From: Bacteriovoracaceae bacterium
Lineage (GTDB): Bacteria > Bdellovibrionota > Bacteriovoracia > Bacteriovoracales > Bacteriovoracaceae
DNA length: 41,443 bases
NCBI GenBank assembly: GCA_049599895.1
Contig: JBMYPC010000008.1
Location: 1 to 41,443 of the forward strand
Direction: 5' to 3'
Numbering within the stretch: position 1 is the first letter of the stretch; each line of letters opens with the position of its first letter. The translations under genes and the position numbers were made by a program. The notes under the pieces are model-generated. The model was not told where the DNA came from. It ran no database searches and saw only the letters and a program-made list of their open reading frames with translations. This document shows positions 19,296 to 28,966 of this stretch, piece by piece.

Positions 19296-20405
19296 ATGAA
19301 GGTGGTTTTGCTTCATGATTGGCTCACTGGCTTTCGAGGCGGAGAGAGAGTTTTAGAGGCATTCTGTGAGATGTTTCCAGAGGCACCACTTTATACTTTG
19401 TTTCATGATCCCGGTTCAACAACTGAGTTGATTGAGGATAGAGAAATTCACTCGTCTATTCTCAACGATTTTCCCGGTGCCCATAAACATTATCGTAAAA
19501 TGCTACCTCTTCTTCCTCATGCTGTGAGCAAGATGAGAATTCACCATAAAGCCGACCTTGTGCTCTCTAGTTCGTCTTGCGTTATCAAGGCTTTGTCTAA
19601 GCCAATACACTCAAAGCATCTTTGCTATATCCATAGCCCCATGCGCTATATCTATGACCAGTTTGATAGCTACTTTGGTCCCGAGGCCCCGATTTATCAA
19701 AGGCTTGGTGCTCAATATTTTAGAAGCTATCTGACGAACTTTGATCAGAAGACCAATGAGAATGTTGATCAGTTTATTGCCAACTCTGGTTTTGTGGCAC
19801 AAAGAGTGAAAGATTATTATTACCGGGATTCAAAGGTTGTTCATCCTTTTGTAGAGCTTGATGACTTTAAAAAATCATTTGATAGGCCCTCTGAAAAAGG
19901 TGATTACTTTCTTGTTCTTTCTGCATTTGCACCGAATAAAAAAATTGATCTCGCTATTGAAACTTTCAATAAACTTGGACTTGAGCTTCGAGTGATTGGT
20001 GGTGGTCAACAGGAGAAGTATCTCAAGTCTATCGCCAAAGAAAATATTAAATTCTTAGGGAAGGTTTCAAGAGAAGAGGTCTTAACAGAACTTTCAGGGG
20101 CAAGGGCCTTAATTTTTCCGGGAGTTGAAGACTTTGGAATTGTTCCTCTGGAATCGTTGGCTTCTGGTACTCCAATCATTGCTTATAAAGCAGGTGGTGT
20201 TCTTGAGTCTTTAAATCAAAAGACGGCAGACTTTTTTGAAGAGCAAACAATCGAATCTTTATCGGGAGCCGTGAAGAACTTTGATGATAAAAGATTTCAG
20301 AAAAGTGATTTAGTGAGTCGTGCGAAAGAATTCTCAAAAGAGAGCTTCAAAAGTAAAATACTAAGTGAAATAGATTCTCTATTAGGGAGAAGTCATGAGA
20401 ATTGA
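19296..20405 (+). CDS. GT4 glycosyltransferase (WbaZ-like)
   Basis: HDWLTGFRGGERVL, YIHSPMRY, EDFGIVPLE motifs. Confidence 0.9.
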   Translation: MKVVLLHDWLTGFRGGERVLEAFCEMFPEAPLYTLFHDPGSTTELIEDREIHSSILNDFPGAHKHYRKMLPLLPHAVSKMRIHHKADLVLSSSSCVIKALSKPIHSKHLCYIHSPMRYIYDQFDSYFGPEAPIYQRLGAQYFRSYLTNFDQKTNENVDQFIANSGFVAQRVKDYYYRDSKVVHPFVELDDFKKSFDRPSEKGDYFLVLSAFAPNKKIDLAIETFNKLGLELRVIGGGQQEKYLKSIAKENIKFLGKVSREEVLTELSGARALIFPGVEDFGIVPLESLASGTPIIAYKAGGVLESLNQKTADFFEEQTIESLSGAVKNFDDKRFQKSDLVSRAKEFSKESFKSKILSEIDSLLGRSHEN

Positions 20406-21231
20406 ATCACCATTTCTTTCAGTTGAAATTGAGCCAAGTGATGCTTCTGTCGTTAATATCTATGATAAAGAAAGACGAGAACATTATTTTTCGGGGGGTG
20501 GTCTTAAACACTTTTTTCCAATTGTTGGAAATGTAAAAGATGATCGGTTTCGGTTAGGACGAAAGTTCTATCCCATGACCTCTGAGGGAATTATTGGGCT
20601 TTTAACATTTACGAAAGCTTCCTCAGCAAATGATTCTGTGGTTTTTGAAGCTAGTTCTAATGAAGAAACACTTAAAGTTTATCCATTCGAATTTAAGCTT
20701 TCCTTTGAATATAAAGTTTATGGACCAAACCTTAATATCACCTGGAAAGTAGAGAATACTGCTAAAAAAGAAATACTTTTTTCTGTTGGCTCAAAGATGA
20801 CTTTTGATCTTCCTGGTGAAGGTGAAAAACTTCGTGATTACTATTGGTCGTTTGAGAAAAATGAAACCTATGGAGCCTATTACCTTCAAGAGGGCCTTAT
20901 TAATTTTGAGTACAAAGATGATCGATCGGTCTATGTGAAAAACAATATCCCTCTTCACGATGATATTTTTAGAAGTGGACCTCTTGTTTTTAGAGAGATG
21001 GACTCTGAAAAAATCTCTCTCATTAATAAGCAGAGTTCTCAAGAAATTGAGTTCTTTTATGGAAATTCAAAATATCTTGCCATTGGAAATCGCTCAAAAC
21101 TCAATCTTCTTATTGCTCATGGAATCACTGATTACATTTTTAGTGATCACGACTTTTATAAAAAAGAAGGGATTGTTCAACTTGATCCTTTGGGAACCTT
21201 TAAAGAATCATTTGAAATACGATTTAAATAA
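20395..21231 (+). CDS. Aldose 1-epimerase (LacX)-like protein, catalytic motifs degenerate
   Basis: FFPIVG, SNEETLKVYPFEFKL, KKEGIVQL resemble LacX, but the HGF, GxHP and CxEPW motifs are missing. Confidence 0.7.
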   Translation: MRIESPFLSVEIEPSDASVVNIYDKERREHYFSGGGLKHFFPIVGNVKDDRFRLGRKFYPMTSEGIIGLLTFTKASSANDSVVFEASSNEETLKVYPFEFKLSFEYKVYGPNLNITWKVENTAKKEILFSVGSKMTFDLPGEGEKLRDYYWSFEKNETYGAYYLQEGLINFEYKDDRSVYVKNNIPLHDDIFRSGPLVFREMDSEKISLINKQSSQEIEFFYGNSKYLAIGNRSKLNLLIAHGITDYIFSDHDFYKKEGIVQLDPLGTFKESFEIRFK

Positions 21232-21252
21232 AATTTTTAGTACGGAGATATT

Positions 21253-21378
21253 ATGGACATTAAAAGCCTGATTCACACGATTCCCAATCATCCTAAAGAA
21301 GGGATCATGTTTCGAGATATCACAACTCTTTTAAAGCACCCAGTCGGTATGTTCGGCGGTTCCCCCCTGAACAACTAG
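21253..21378 (+). pseudogene. apt: Truncated adenine phosphoribosyltransferase (about the first 30 codons)
   Basis: GGAG plus ATG 21253; [30 protein letters not shown] is the classic Apt N-terminus, followed by unrelated residues and TAG at 21376-21378. Confidence 0.85.
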
Positions 21379-21605
21379 GGCTGGTACAGGCAATTCTGTT
21401 GCTTGTGTCGACAATCATCGCCTGAAACGGAACCATTTGTTGCTCCATCAATATCCCCTGATGCAAGAGTTGTACTAGTGACGAAGATCATACAGTAGCC
21501 ACCACTTGAGCAGTTGCTATTGTTTGAATCGCTATTGCTGCTTCCACAAGAAGTGAGGATAAGGCTTAGAGTTGAGAGGAGAAAGAGACTGATTAGTTTA
21601 TTCAT
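21331..21605 (-). pseudogene. Decayed DUF1554 (endostatin-like/Len-type) lipoprotein gene
   Basis: Lipobox LTSC and CMIFVT in the first frame; [20 protein letters not shown] in a second frame from about 21421; TAEHTDWVL* after a further shift in a G6 run. Confidence 0.65.
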
Positions 21606-21663
21606 AAGTTCTATCTTTATTAATAGGCATTCTTGTTTATAAGCCCTTTCCAGAACGTTAAAA

Positions 21664-21712
21664 CCGTTGTGCGAAAAAAGTGTCCAGTGGACAGTTTTTG
21701 CGCATCCAACGG
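21664..21712. repeat. Long imperfect inverted repeat (terminator of wcaJ-like gene or operator)
   Basis: CCGTTG-TGCG-AAAAA..TGTCCA-g-TGGACA..TTTTT-g-CGCA..CAACGG, immediately after the stop of the 21714-23090 gene. Confidence 0.55.
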
Positions 21713-21713
21713 A

Positions 21714-23090
21714 CTAGTAGGCGTTCTTATTTATAAGTCCTTTCCAAAATGTTAAAAACAATATCTTAAGATCCAACCACAACGACCAATGCTTAATATA
21801 ATAAATGTCGCAATCAATACGCTTTTGAATGCTAGTGTCTCCACGCCAGCCATTGACTTGGGCCCAACCTGTGATTCCGGCTTTCATTTTATGGCGAAGC
21901 ATATAGCCTGGAATTTCAGTTCGAAACTTTTCAACGAAAAAAGGTCTCTCTGGTCTTGGTCCAACAAGGCTCATGTTTCCAATTACCACATTCCAAAGCT
22001 GAGGAAGCTCATCAAGAGAAGTTCTTCTTAAAAGATCGCCAAAGAATGTTTTTCTTGGGTTTTCTTTGTTTGACCATTCTGTCTCATCTTCATTTTTATC
22101 GGGAAGGCGCATAGTTCGAAATTTCCACATATTAAAAAGCTCACCATCAACTCCCATTCTCTCTTGCTTAAAAAATATCGGTCCAGGGCTTGAGAGCTTC
22201 ACACCTAAAGAAATAAAAAAGAGTAGAGGAGAGATAAGAACCATTCCCGTGAAAGCGGCGGAAAAATCAAAAACCCTTTTAATAAAGAGTTCAAGGTTTG
22301 AAAGTTGGGGCTGATTAATAGTGAGGATCGGGACACCTTCAAAGTCTTCAATTTGATGACCAACTAGCGAATAACCTAAGTCTGGGAGAATCTGGATTGG
22401 AATAAGATCATCGTAGTTCTCTCGAACGAAGGCCTTATTTTTTGGAGCTTCTTCTCCGTCATAGCCCACAATAATACTATCTGGTTTCAGTTTATTTTTC
22501 ACTTCTTGATAGCTTTCTTGAATTTCTTCAACATCAAGGTCACTCGCAAGGCCCCTTGAATCAATCCAGCCCATAAAGCGAATACCGCTGTCTTTATAGA
22601 GTCTTACTTGTTCAACATATTTTTTTAACTGCTCACTATTTCCCACAAGAAGAGTATGTCTTAAGTTCATTCCTTTTGAACGAATGACTCTAAGGTTATT
22701 TCTAATAATGATTCTTAAAAGAGTAAGTCCAAAACTTGAGATCAGAAAATACATTAAGATTGTAAGCCTTGAAACTCGATTTTCAGCGAAGAAATAAATA
22801 AGAACGATCAAAGCAATGTTGGCCCCAAAGTTTCCTTTAAGAACACTGAGAATTTCTTTAAACCTTGAGCTAAAACGAAAGCTTGTATAGAGTCTGTTTT
22901 TTCTAAAGAAATAAAGAGTCGAGATAACCACGAGGGCATTGAGTTTTAAAAAGTCCATCTCAAGACCCGGTTGTGCATTTTTAAAAATATAAAAACGCAA
23001 ACTAAAGGCTGCCCACCAGCAAGTGGTTGCGGCTAAGGCATCAAGGGCCATTTGAAAGAGGACGAATGATTTTTCGTGCTTTTTTAGCAA
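21714..23090 (-). CDS. Undecaprenyl-phosphate glucose phosphotransferase (WcaJ/WbaP-type initiating transferase)
   Basis: Four N-terminal TM helices, KRVFD, KFRTM, SLDELPQLWNV, GNMSLVGPRPER, GITGWAQVNG. Confidence 0.92.
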   Translation of the reverse strand: MLKKHEKSFVLFQMALDALAATTCWWAAFSLRFYIFKNAQPGLEMDFLKLNALVVISTLYFFRKNRLYTSFRFSSRFKEILSVLKGNFGANIALIVLIYFFAENRVSRLTILMYFLISSFGLTLLRIIIRNNLRVIRSKGMNLRHTLLVGNSEQLKKYVEQVRLYKDSGIRFMGWIDSRGLASDLDVEEIQESYQEVKNKLKPDSIIVGYDGEEAPKNKAFVRENYDDLIPIQILPDLGYSLVGHQIEDFEGVPILTINQPQLSNLELFIKRVFDFSAAFTGMVLISPLLFFISLGVKLSSPGPIFFKQERMGVDGELFNMWKFRTMRLPDKNEDETEWSNKENPRKTFFGDLLRRTSLDELPQLWNVVIGNMSLVGPRPERPFFVEKFRTEIPGYMLRHKMKAGITGWAQVNGWRGDTSIQKRIDCDIYYIKHWSLWLDLKILFLTFWKGLINKNAY

Positions 23091-23173
23091 AACTTAAAAA
23101 CTCCAAAAATTAACATTATCTAGAGTAAGCTATGCAGTGATTGTTGAAAAGGGATTGTGCGGAGAGTCTTTGA

Positions 23174-24124
23174 CTAATTTAGCTCTTCATCAACTAGGAA
23201 CCTTGGTCGACTCTTAGTTTCCATAAAGATCTTTCCCACATAAATTCCTATAATCCCTAGGCACAGAAGCTGGATTCCCCCTAAAAGGTAAGTAGGGATG
23301 ATTGTTGATGCCCAGCCTGGGACAGTTTGGCCAAACATTGTCACTAGCAGCGCATAAAGAATCATCACAAAGGCAAAGCCACTGACGAGAGTTCCGAGTA
23401 AAAAGACATAATAAAGTGGTCGGTCAGAAAACGAAGTAATGCCATTGATGGCAAGCTTGAGCATTTTCATAAAAGTATATTTTGAGTCTCCACCAATTCG
23501 GTCTTTGATATTGTAGTGGATCTTCTTAAATTTAAATCCCATAAGAGGAAATATGCCTCTTAAGAAAAGATTGTATTCATTGAATTGAACAAGGTTTTTG
23601 GCAACCTTCGCTGAAATTAAGCGAAAATCAGCATGGTTATAGATCAGTTCAACCCCGAGAGAGGCCATTATTTTATAAAAGAGTTTGGCACTAAAGCTTT
23701 TAAAAAGGGTGTCTGCTTGACGCTCTTCTTTGACTCCGTAACAGATGTCATGCCCGTCGTGAAAGGCTTCGAGGAACTTATCAATGACATCAAGGTCATC
23801 TTGAAGGTCACTGTCCATGGTGATAATGGCATCAGTGCGGTCTTTATTTTGAACCATTCCGGCCCAAATTGCATTTTGGTGACCTACATTTTTGGCAAGA
23901 TTTAAGGCCTTCACTTGGTCTGAGGAATCACTAATTTTCTTTAAGAGTTTCCAAGTCGAGTCCTTACTTCCATCATTGACGTAATAGATATAACTCTCAT
24001 CAGAAATAAGGTCTTTTTCTTCAAGGGCCTTGAGCTTTTTAATGAGCTCTCGTGCTGAGTCCTCAATGATTTCTTCTTCATTGAAACAGGGACACACAAT
24101 TGCAAGAATCGTCTTTTTGGCCAT
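23174..24124 (-). CDS. GT2 polyprenol-phosphate glycosyltransferase (GtrB/ArnC-like)
   Basis: PCFNEE, VNDGSKD, MDSDLQD, ADFRL and two C-terminal TM helices; start taken at ATG 24124. Confidence 0.9.
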   Translation of the reverse strand: MAKKTILAIVCPCFNEEEIIEDSARELIKKLKALEEKDLISDESYIYYVNDGSKDSTWKLLKKISDSSDQVKALNLAKNVGHQNAIWAGMVQNKDRTDAIITMDSDLQDDLDVIDKFLEAFHDGHDICYGVKEERQADTLFKSFSAKLFYKIMASLGVELIYNHADFRLISAKVAKNLVQFNEYNLFLRGIFPLMGFKFKKIHYNIKDRIGGDSKYTFMKMLKLAINGITSFSDRPLYYVFLLGTLVSGFAFVMILYALLVTMFGQTVPGWASTIIPTYLLGGIQLLCLGIIGIYVGKIFMETKSRPRFLVDEELN

Positions 24125-24228
24125 AGGGGTTACTCTCAGGTGAATTCTTCTCAAATCCTAGCATTAGATGGCTAAAGTGATAATAAAATTGTTTATTACA
24201 CGGGGTAAAAAATGATATTCATTAAGAA

Positions 24229-24603
24229 ATGGAAATTAAGAATAAATTATTGAAATATGGGGTTTATCTCCTGAGTTTTTGGGTTTTGTTAAGCGGGACT
24301 TTATCCTATTTTCGCCATTTCCATGGAGTTGATGTTTTTATTCCTCGTAAAATCGTGAAGGCCTTTTCTATGGAGGCACTTTTAAGAAAATACGAATTTC
24401 GTGACCTTAATCTTCCGAAATCAAAAATTCTTTACTTAAAGAGCGAAAATAAAGAAAGGGTGAACTTTAATCTCTATCCGAGCCGAGTTTTTTATAAAGA
24501 CCAAAAAAGTTTAGATTATGTGATCTATCCCAAACGAAAGTTTGATTCAGCTCCAGAGAACTTTGCTTTTGAAACTGATAATTTTTGGGTGCAAAAGAGA
24601 TGA
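24229..24603 (+). CDS. Small membrane-anchored hypothetical protein
   Basis: 124 aa with one N-terminal TM segment; ATGA overlap with the next gene. Confidence 0.6.
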   Translation: MEIKNKLLKYGVYLLSFWVLLSGTLSYFRHFHGVDVFIPRKIVKAFSMEALLRKYEFRDLNLPKSKILYLKSENKERVNFNLYPSRVFYKDQKSLDYVIYPKRKFDSAPENFAFETDNFWVQKR

Positions 24604-26021
24604 TCTTTATAATTGCAGCACTTTTTTATTTTATTGGTTATGAAGTTTTAGTGACAATCCTAAGAAGAAGTCCAGAAAACCGATGGTTTGCTTTATCTCT
24701 CGCACCAGTCTTTAGTTATTTTTGTTTTTATCTTCTGATTTTCGTCTTTGTTTTGTTTGGGCAAAAGATAAGTCCTTTCACTTTTCAAATCTTTCTTGGA
24801 TCTTTGGCTTTCATTTTTCTTGGCCTAAATCGAAATCAAATTAAAACGGATATCCTTGATTTTAAAAGCAGTTTTTTAAAGGAGAAGCAATCTCGAGTTC
24901 TTCTTCTTTTTCTCGTTCTGACCTTTTTAGGCTTAGGAGTGAGCGCTCTTTCTAAGGAAATTTGGCCAGGGGATGGAATGGGGATCTGGGCCTCCAGAGC
25001 TTTAGAGTGGTATCACCACCAAGGTTTTCAGTTTACAGAGTTTACTCTTGGTAGGTTAGATTATTGGCTTGGTTATCCAATCTTTCACAGTCTCAATATG
25101 TGGATCGTAGGTGCTATCGTCCCTGGGCCATTTTCGATAAGTTGTAATAGCTTTGATTTTATCCCGTTTCTTTCCATGGCATTTCTGGCGATTGGTTTAT
25201 TTAGAGAACTTAAGTTTAATTTTAAGCATTCGATAATCTTGGGGCTTTTTCTTGGTTTTGCTCCGAGAGCAGTTCTCAATATGATTGGTTCTGGCTATGC
25301 TGACCCTCTTCAAGGTTGGATGATTGCTTCAATCTACACTTTTTTAATTGTTTGGATGATAAGACCATCGAACGAACTTAAACTCTATCTCGGTGGAGCA
25401 ACATTCTATTGCCCAATGGTTAAAAATGAAGGATTTTTTAGGGCCATCTTCTTTTATGTTTCAAGCTTTTCATTTACCAAGAGTTTGAAGAAAACTTTAA
25501 AGTTTACTTGGCCCTATCTTTTGATCGCGGCGCTTTCTTTAATTCTTGTTAAGGTTTTTAATCCTGCACCAAAAAATTTCGTACCCTATCTCAATGAGAT
25601 GAATCTAGAAAAAGCAATCAAGAGAATCCCTCTTATTATCGAGGCCATCGGTATTACCTTTTTTGATCTTAAACACGGGGTAAAAGCTTTTTGGCTGCCA
25701 AACCTACTTCTCTTTGTTCTCATTCCTTTTACACCGCTTTTTAAAAAGTCCTTTCGGTCTCTTTATATCTACACTTGTTGCGTTTTTGCGATTAACTTTG
25801 CTTTTAATATCGCACCATTGATTCTTACCAGTCTTGAGGGCGATGTTTTCAATAATCCCCAGTCCATTGCCATGGGAATCTTTTCAAGGCTTTTTTATCA
25901 GACATCCTATCCTTTAAGCTTTATCAATCTCTATTTTATGTTTAAACTTTCAAAATACTCTTCGTATCAGTCAAAAGATTGTTTAAGTGCGAAAAGTTTT
26001 AAGAGTCTCCATGAAACATAG
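24600..26021 (+). CDS. Polytopic membrane protein, putative GT-C glycosyltransferase
   Basis: Many hydrophobic segments; loop motifs GDGMGIW..RA, GYADP, KNEG; start taken at ATG 24600. Confidence 0.6.
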   Translation: MIFIIAALFYFIGYEVLVTILRRSPENRWFALSLAPVFSYFCFYLLIFVFVLFGQKISPFTFQIFLGSLAFIFLGLNRNQIKTDILDFKSSFLKEKQSRVLLLFLVLTFLGLGVSALSKEIWPGDGMGIWASRALEWYHHQGFQFTEFTLGRLDYWLGYPIFHSLNMWIVGAIVPGPFSISCNSFDFIPFLSMAFLAIGLFRELKFNFKHSIILGLFLGFAPRAVLNMIGSGYADPLQGWMIASIYTFLIVWMIRPSNELKLYLGGATFYCPMVKNEGFFRAIFFYVSSFSFTKSLKKTLKFTWPYLLIAALSLILVKVFNPAPKNFVPYLNEMNLEKAIKRIPLIIEAIGITFFDLKHGVKAFWLPNLLLFVLIPFTPLFKKSFRSLYIYTCCVFAINFAFNIAPLILTSLEGDVFNNPQSIAMGIFSRLFYQTSYPLSFINLYFMFKLSKYSSYQSKDCLSAKSFKSLHET

Positions 26022-27852
26022 GTATCTTTTATTATATATTCTTGTTTTTCTTTTCCTCACGATTATTTCGGGAACGATTACATCTGGGTTTCATCTTGTG
26101 GATGACCATGAAATTATCCGAATGAAACGAGATATGATGTCCATGAACTTCTTTGAGATGATGGATCATTGGATTTCTAGAGATTTTAAAGCAAGGTTTC
26201 GCCCGCTTTATTTTGTGCAAAGAATCTCTCAAGTTTCGCTTTTTTCAACGAACTTTCTCTATTGGAATCTTTATCGTCTTTTGACGGTGAGTTTAACTGC
26301 ATACTTTCTCTTTCTTACGATGAGGAAGTTAAAAGTTGGAACTTTGGCTTCCTTTTTATTTCCCTTACTTACGATATTTGGAAAAGCTTCTCCTATAATT
26401 TGGCGGCTGGGACCTCAGGAGCCATTTGGATTCTGTCTTTTGTCACTTTGTTTACTTTTAAGTGTGGAGAGAACAAAACTTAAGGATATAGGTTTTCTCT
26501 TTTCCTTAACTGGAATGTGCCTTTTTAAAGAGAGCTTTATTTTAGCAGTTCCTTTTCTTTTGGCCTTTCGATTTTTGATTCTCGAAGGAAACTGCATTAA
26601 GACATATCTTAAAAAAGATCTCAAAGTTTTTACGGCATCAAGCTTTGTTATGCTGAGCTGCCTTTTTGTTATTCTTAACTTTGTTGGAACTGATGATATT
26701 GAATATGCAGGGGTCGCTGGAACCAATATCTTTAAAGTTATCAAAACTTCTTGGCTTTATTATAAATTGAGTTATGGGAAATTTACTCTCGTAGCACTTG
26801 TTTTTCTCTACCTCGGAAGTCGCTTCTATCTTAAAGACGAAAAGAAAAGAGAGCTCAAAGCTCTTTCTCTAAAGATCTTAGTTCTGTTTTTAATTTTATC
26901 CATTCCTCAATTTGTGGTTTATACAAAGTCTGGTATTTTTGAGCGTTATTTAATCCCGGCTATATTAATGGCCTCGACTCCTTTAGTGCTCGCTTTTGAT
27001 TTCCTCCAAAAGAATGTCCCGATTTGGCTTAAAAAAATTCAGATTTCAAAAAAATGGGTAATGATAACTGGTGGAGTATTTCTCTTTCTCGCAACGCTTT
27101 CATTGATTCCTAATACACTGACAACTGTAGTTGACTGGTACTCAAATCTTAAAGATGAATCAATCAAACCTCATTGGAGGAGTAAGTTTCTTCTCGGTTA
27201 CCTTCTTTTGCTCGTTGTTTTTTCGATACCCATGCTACTCAAGATAAAGTGGGTCAATTCCGAGCTCTTTAATTTTCTCGATAAGAATAAGTTAAGAGGA
27301 AAAATGACGATGATCTATTTCGTTTTTCTTCTGACAATTTTATTTGATCGATTTTTTATGAGTTATCGATATGCTGAACATTTTTCAAAGCAATCAATCA
27401 TCAATGAAACGATCTTTGATGAAGTCAAAAAACTTTCAAAAGGTGAGCGAATTACATTTATTATTGATCCTATCGCTCAAGAGCATTTGGTCTCTTTTGA
27501 AGTTTATTTTAAAGAAATTTTAAACTTTCAGGAAATGTATCTTCACCCTAGCTTTGTCGAATCAAAAAAGATCTATTTTTCTTATTTTGAATACCTTGAA
27601 CGTCTATTGGAATATGATCATAAGAAACTATTGCCATTTAAATTCCCTGAAGAGATGGATTTTTCAACAATGCTTAGAAAATCGACCCTTAAGATGTTTC
27701 AAAACAAAAGAACTGATCGTATGGATGATGTCATTCAATCAAAGTTGATTGCGATTGAAGAAAGTACTGCTTGGAGAGTCGATCATAAGAATCTTAAAGG
27801 TTATGAAAAGCTTACGAGTGAGTTTTATCACCTTTATCGAAAACTCGATTAA
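26011..27852 (+). CDS. Polytopic membrane protein, putative GT-C glycosyltransferase (Gtr type-specific-like)
   Basis: DD pair after TM1 (HLVDDH), RFRPL, QE, KES, ERY motifs and a soluble C-terminal domain; start taken at ATG 26011. Confidence 0.65.
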   Translation: MKHRYLLLYILVFLFLTIISGTITSGFHLVDDHEIIRMKRDMMSMNFFEMMDHWISRDFKARFRPLYFVQRISQVSLFSTNFLYWNLYRLLTVSLTAYFLFLTMRKLKVGTLASFLFPLLTIFGKASPIIWRLGPQEPFGFCLLSLCLLLSVERTKLKDIGFLFSLTGMCLFKESFILAVPFLLAFRFLILEGNCIKTYLKKDLKVFTASSFVMLSCLFVILNFVGTDDIEYAGVAGTNIFKVIKTSWLYYKLSYGKFTLVALVFLYLGSRFYLKDEKKRELKALSLKILVLFLILSIPQFVVYTKSGIFERYLIPAILMASTPLVLAFDFLQKNVPIWLKKIQISKKWVMITGGVFLFLATLSLIPNTLTTVVDWYSNLKDESIKPHWRSKFLLGYLLLLVVFSIPMLLKIKWVNSELFNFLDKNKLRGKMTMIYFVFLLTILFDRFFMSYRYAEHFSKQSIINETIFDEVKKLSKGERITFIIDPIAQEHLVSFEVYFKEILNFQEMYLHPSFVESKKIYFSYFEYLERLLEYDHKKLLPFKFPEEMDFSTMLRKSTLKMFQNKRTDRMDDVIQSKLIAIEESTAWRVDHKNLKGYEKLTSEFYHLYRKLD

Positions 27853-28966
27853 ACTCTTTTTTTACTGTTTCATTAAAGCTTGAAATTGAAAATTGTTCTT
27901 CGGTCTCTTTTCGCCCTTTAAGGGAGAGAGTTTCATAGTTCTCTAAAACAAAATCAAGACTTTCTTTAAAACTTGAAGGCCTTGAGTAATCATAGCAAGT
28001 CTTTGCATCCCATAGCTTTGAGGCCACTTCTTCTTGTCCACCTACTACTGTTGTTATCCCTGGAATCCCTTTTGCTGCTGCTTCAAGGAGTACCATTCCA
28101 AATGATTCAGGAGTGCTTGTGGGGAGAACGATAATATCAATATTCTCAAAAGCCTTTTCAATATCACTGATAAATCCATGAAAATGAACTTTAGGATAAG
28201 ACTTTGAAAGTTCCTCAAGTTGTGGCCCCTGTCCATAACAATGAACTTCAAAAGAAGGACTGTCTGCTTGAAGTAATAACTCAGCATGATCGTTTAAAAA
28301 AATTCTTGTTCCTTTACTTTCAATAAGATGCCCTATGATTCCAATTTTATAATGGGAGGAGCTGTGAACTTTTTCAGACTTATTCCAATTGGGGGCAGGG
28401 TTAGGAAGAACTTTTGTACGAGAGAGATCCCAACTTCCTTTGACATATTCACTAACTGAGAAAGTAAGGTCCTTTGCTTCATAAATTGTCTTTAAAATAC
28501 CGTAAACAAAAGCTCCTTTATGGTTCTCGACTGTGTGCAGATGAGAGAGAGTTTTTATTCCCGTTAGTTTCTTTAAGAAATACGCCAAAAGATCACCTTT
28601 TTTTATTGCGGAATAAACTAAGGTTTTGTCTTTTGAGTGAGTCTTAATGAGTTTTAATACCTTAATGAATGCTAAAAAATAGGCTAAAGGAGAGAGAAGT
28701 AGTTCCTTCAAAGAAATATTACTTCCCGTAGAACTTGTATTCTTGGAATGAGGCATCCATAGAAAATTGCAAGAGCTTAAATAAGGAGTGATTTCATTCA
28801 CAAAAGTTTGAGTGGACTGGCCTTTTTGTCCGAAATGAACGAGATGGATATTCCAATCGTCTTTTAGGGCCTTAACAACATTCAAGCTGACTTGCTGACC
28901 ACCTCCAAAGCCAACCTTGGGGTTTCCCTCAAAGAGAATAAGGTTTGGAAGGTTATTGTGACTCAC
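27812..28966 (-). CDS. GT4 glycosyltransferase
   Basis: GGGQ N-terminal loop and ESFGMVLLE (EX7E) motif. Confidence 0.85.
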   Translation of the reverse strand: MSHNNLPNLILFEGNPKVGFGGGQQVSLNVVKALKDDWNIHLVHFGQKGQSTQTFVNEITPYLSSCNFLWMPHSKNTSSTGSNISLKELLLSPLAYFLAFIKVLKLIKTHSKDKTLVYSAIKKGDLLAYFLKKLTGIKTLSHLHTVENHKGAFVYGILKTIYEAKDLTFSVSEYVKGSWDLSRTKVLPNPAPNWNKSEKVHSSSHYKIGIIGHLIESKGTRIFLNDHAELLLQADSPSFEVHCYGQGPQLEELSKSYPKVHFHGFISDIEKAFENIDIIVLPTSTPESFGMVLLEAAAKGIPGITTVVGGQEEVASKLWDAKTCYDYSRPSSFKESLDFVLENYETLSLKGRKETEEQFSISSFNETVKKEFNRVFDKGDKTHS

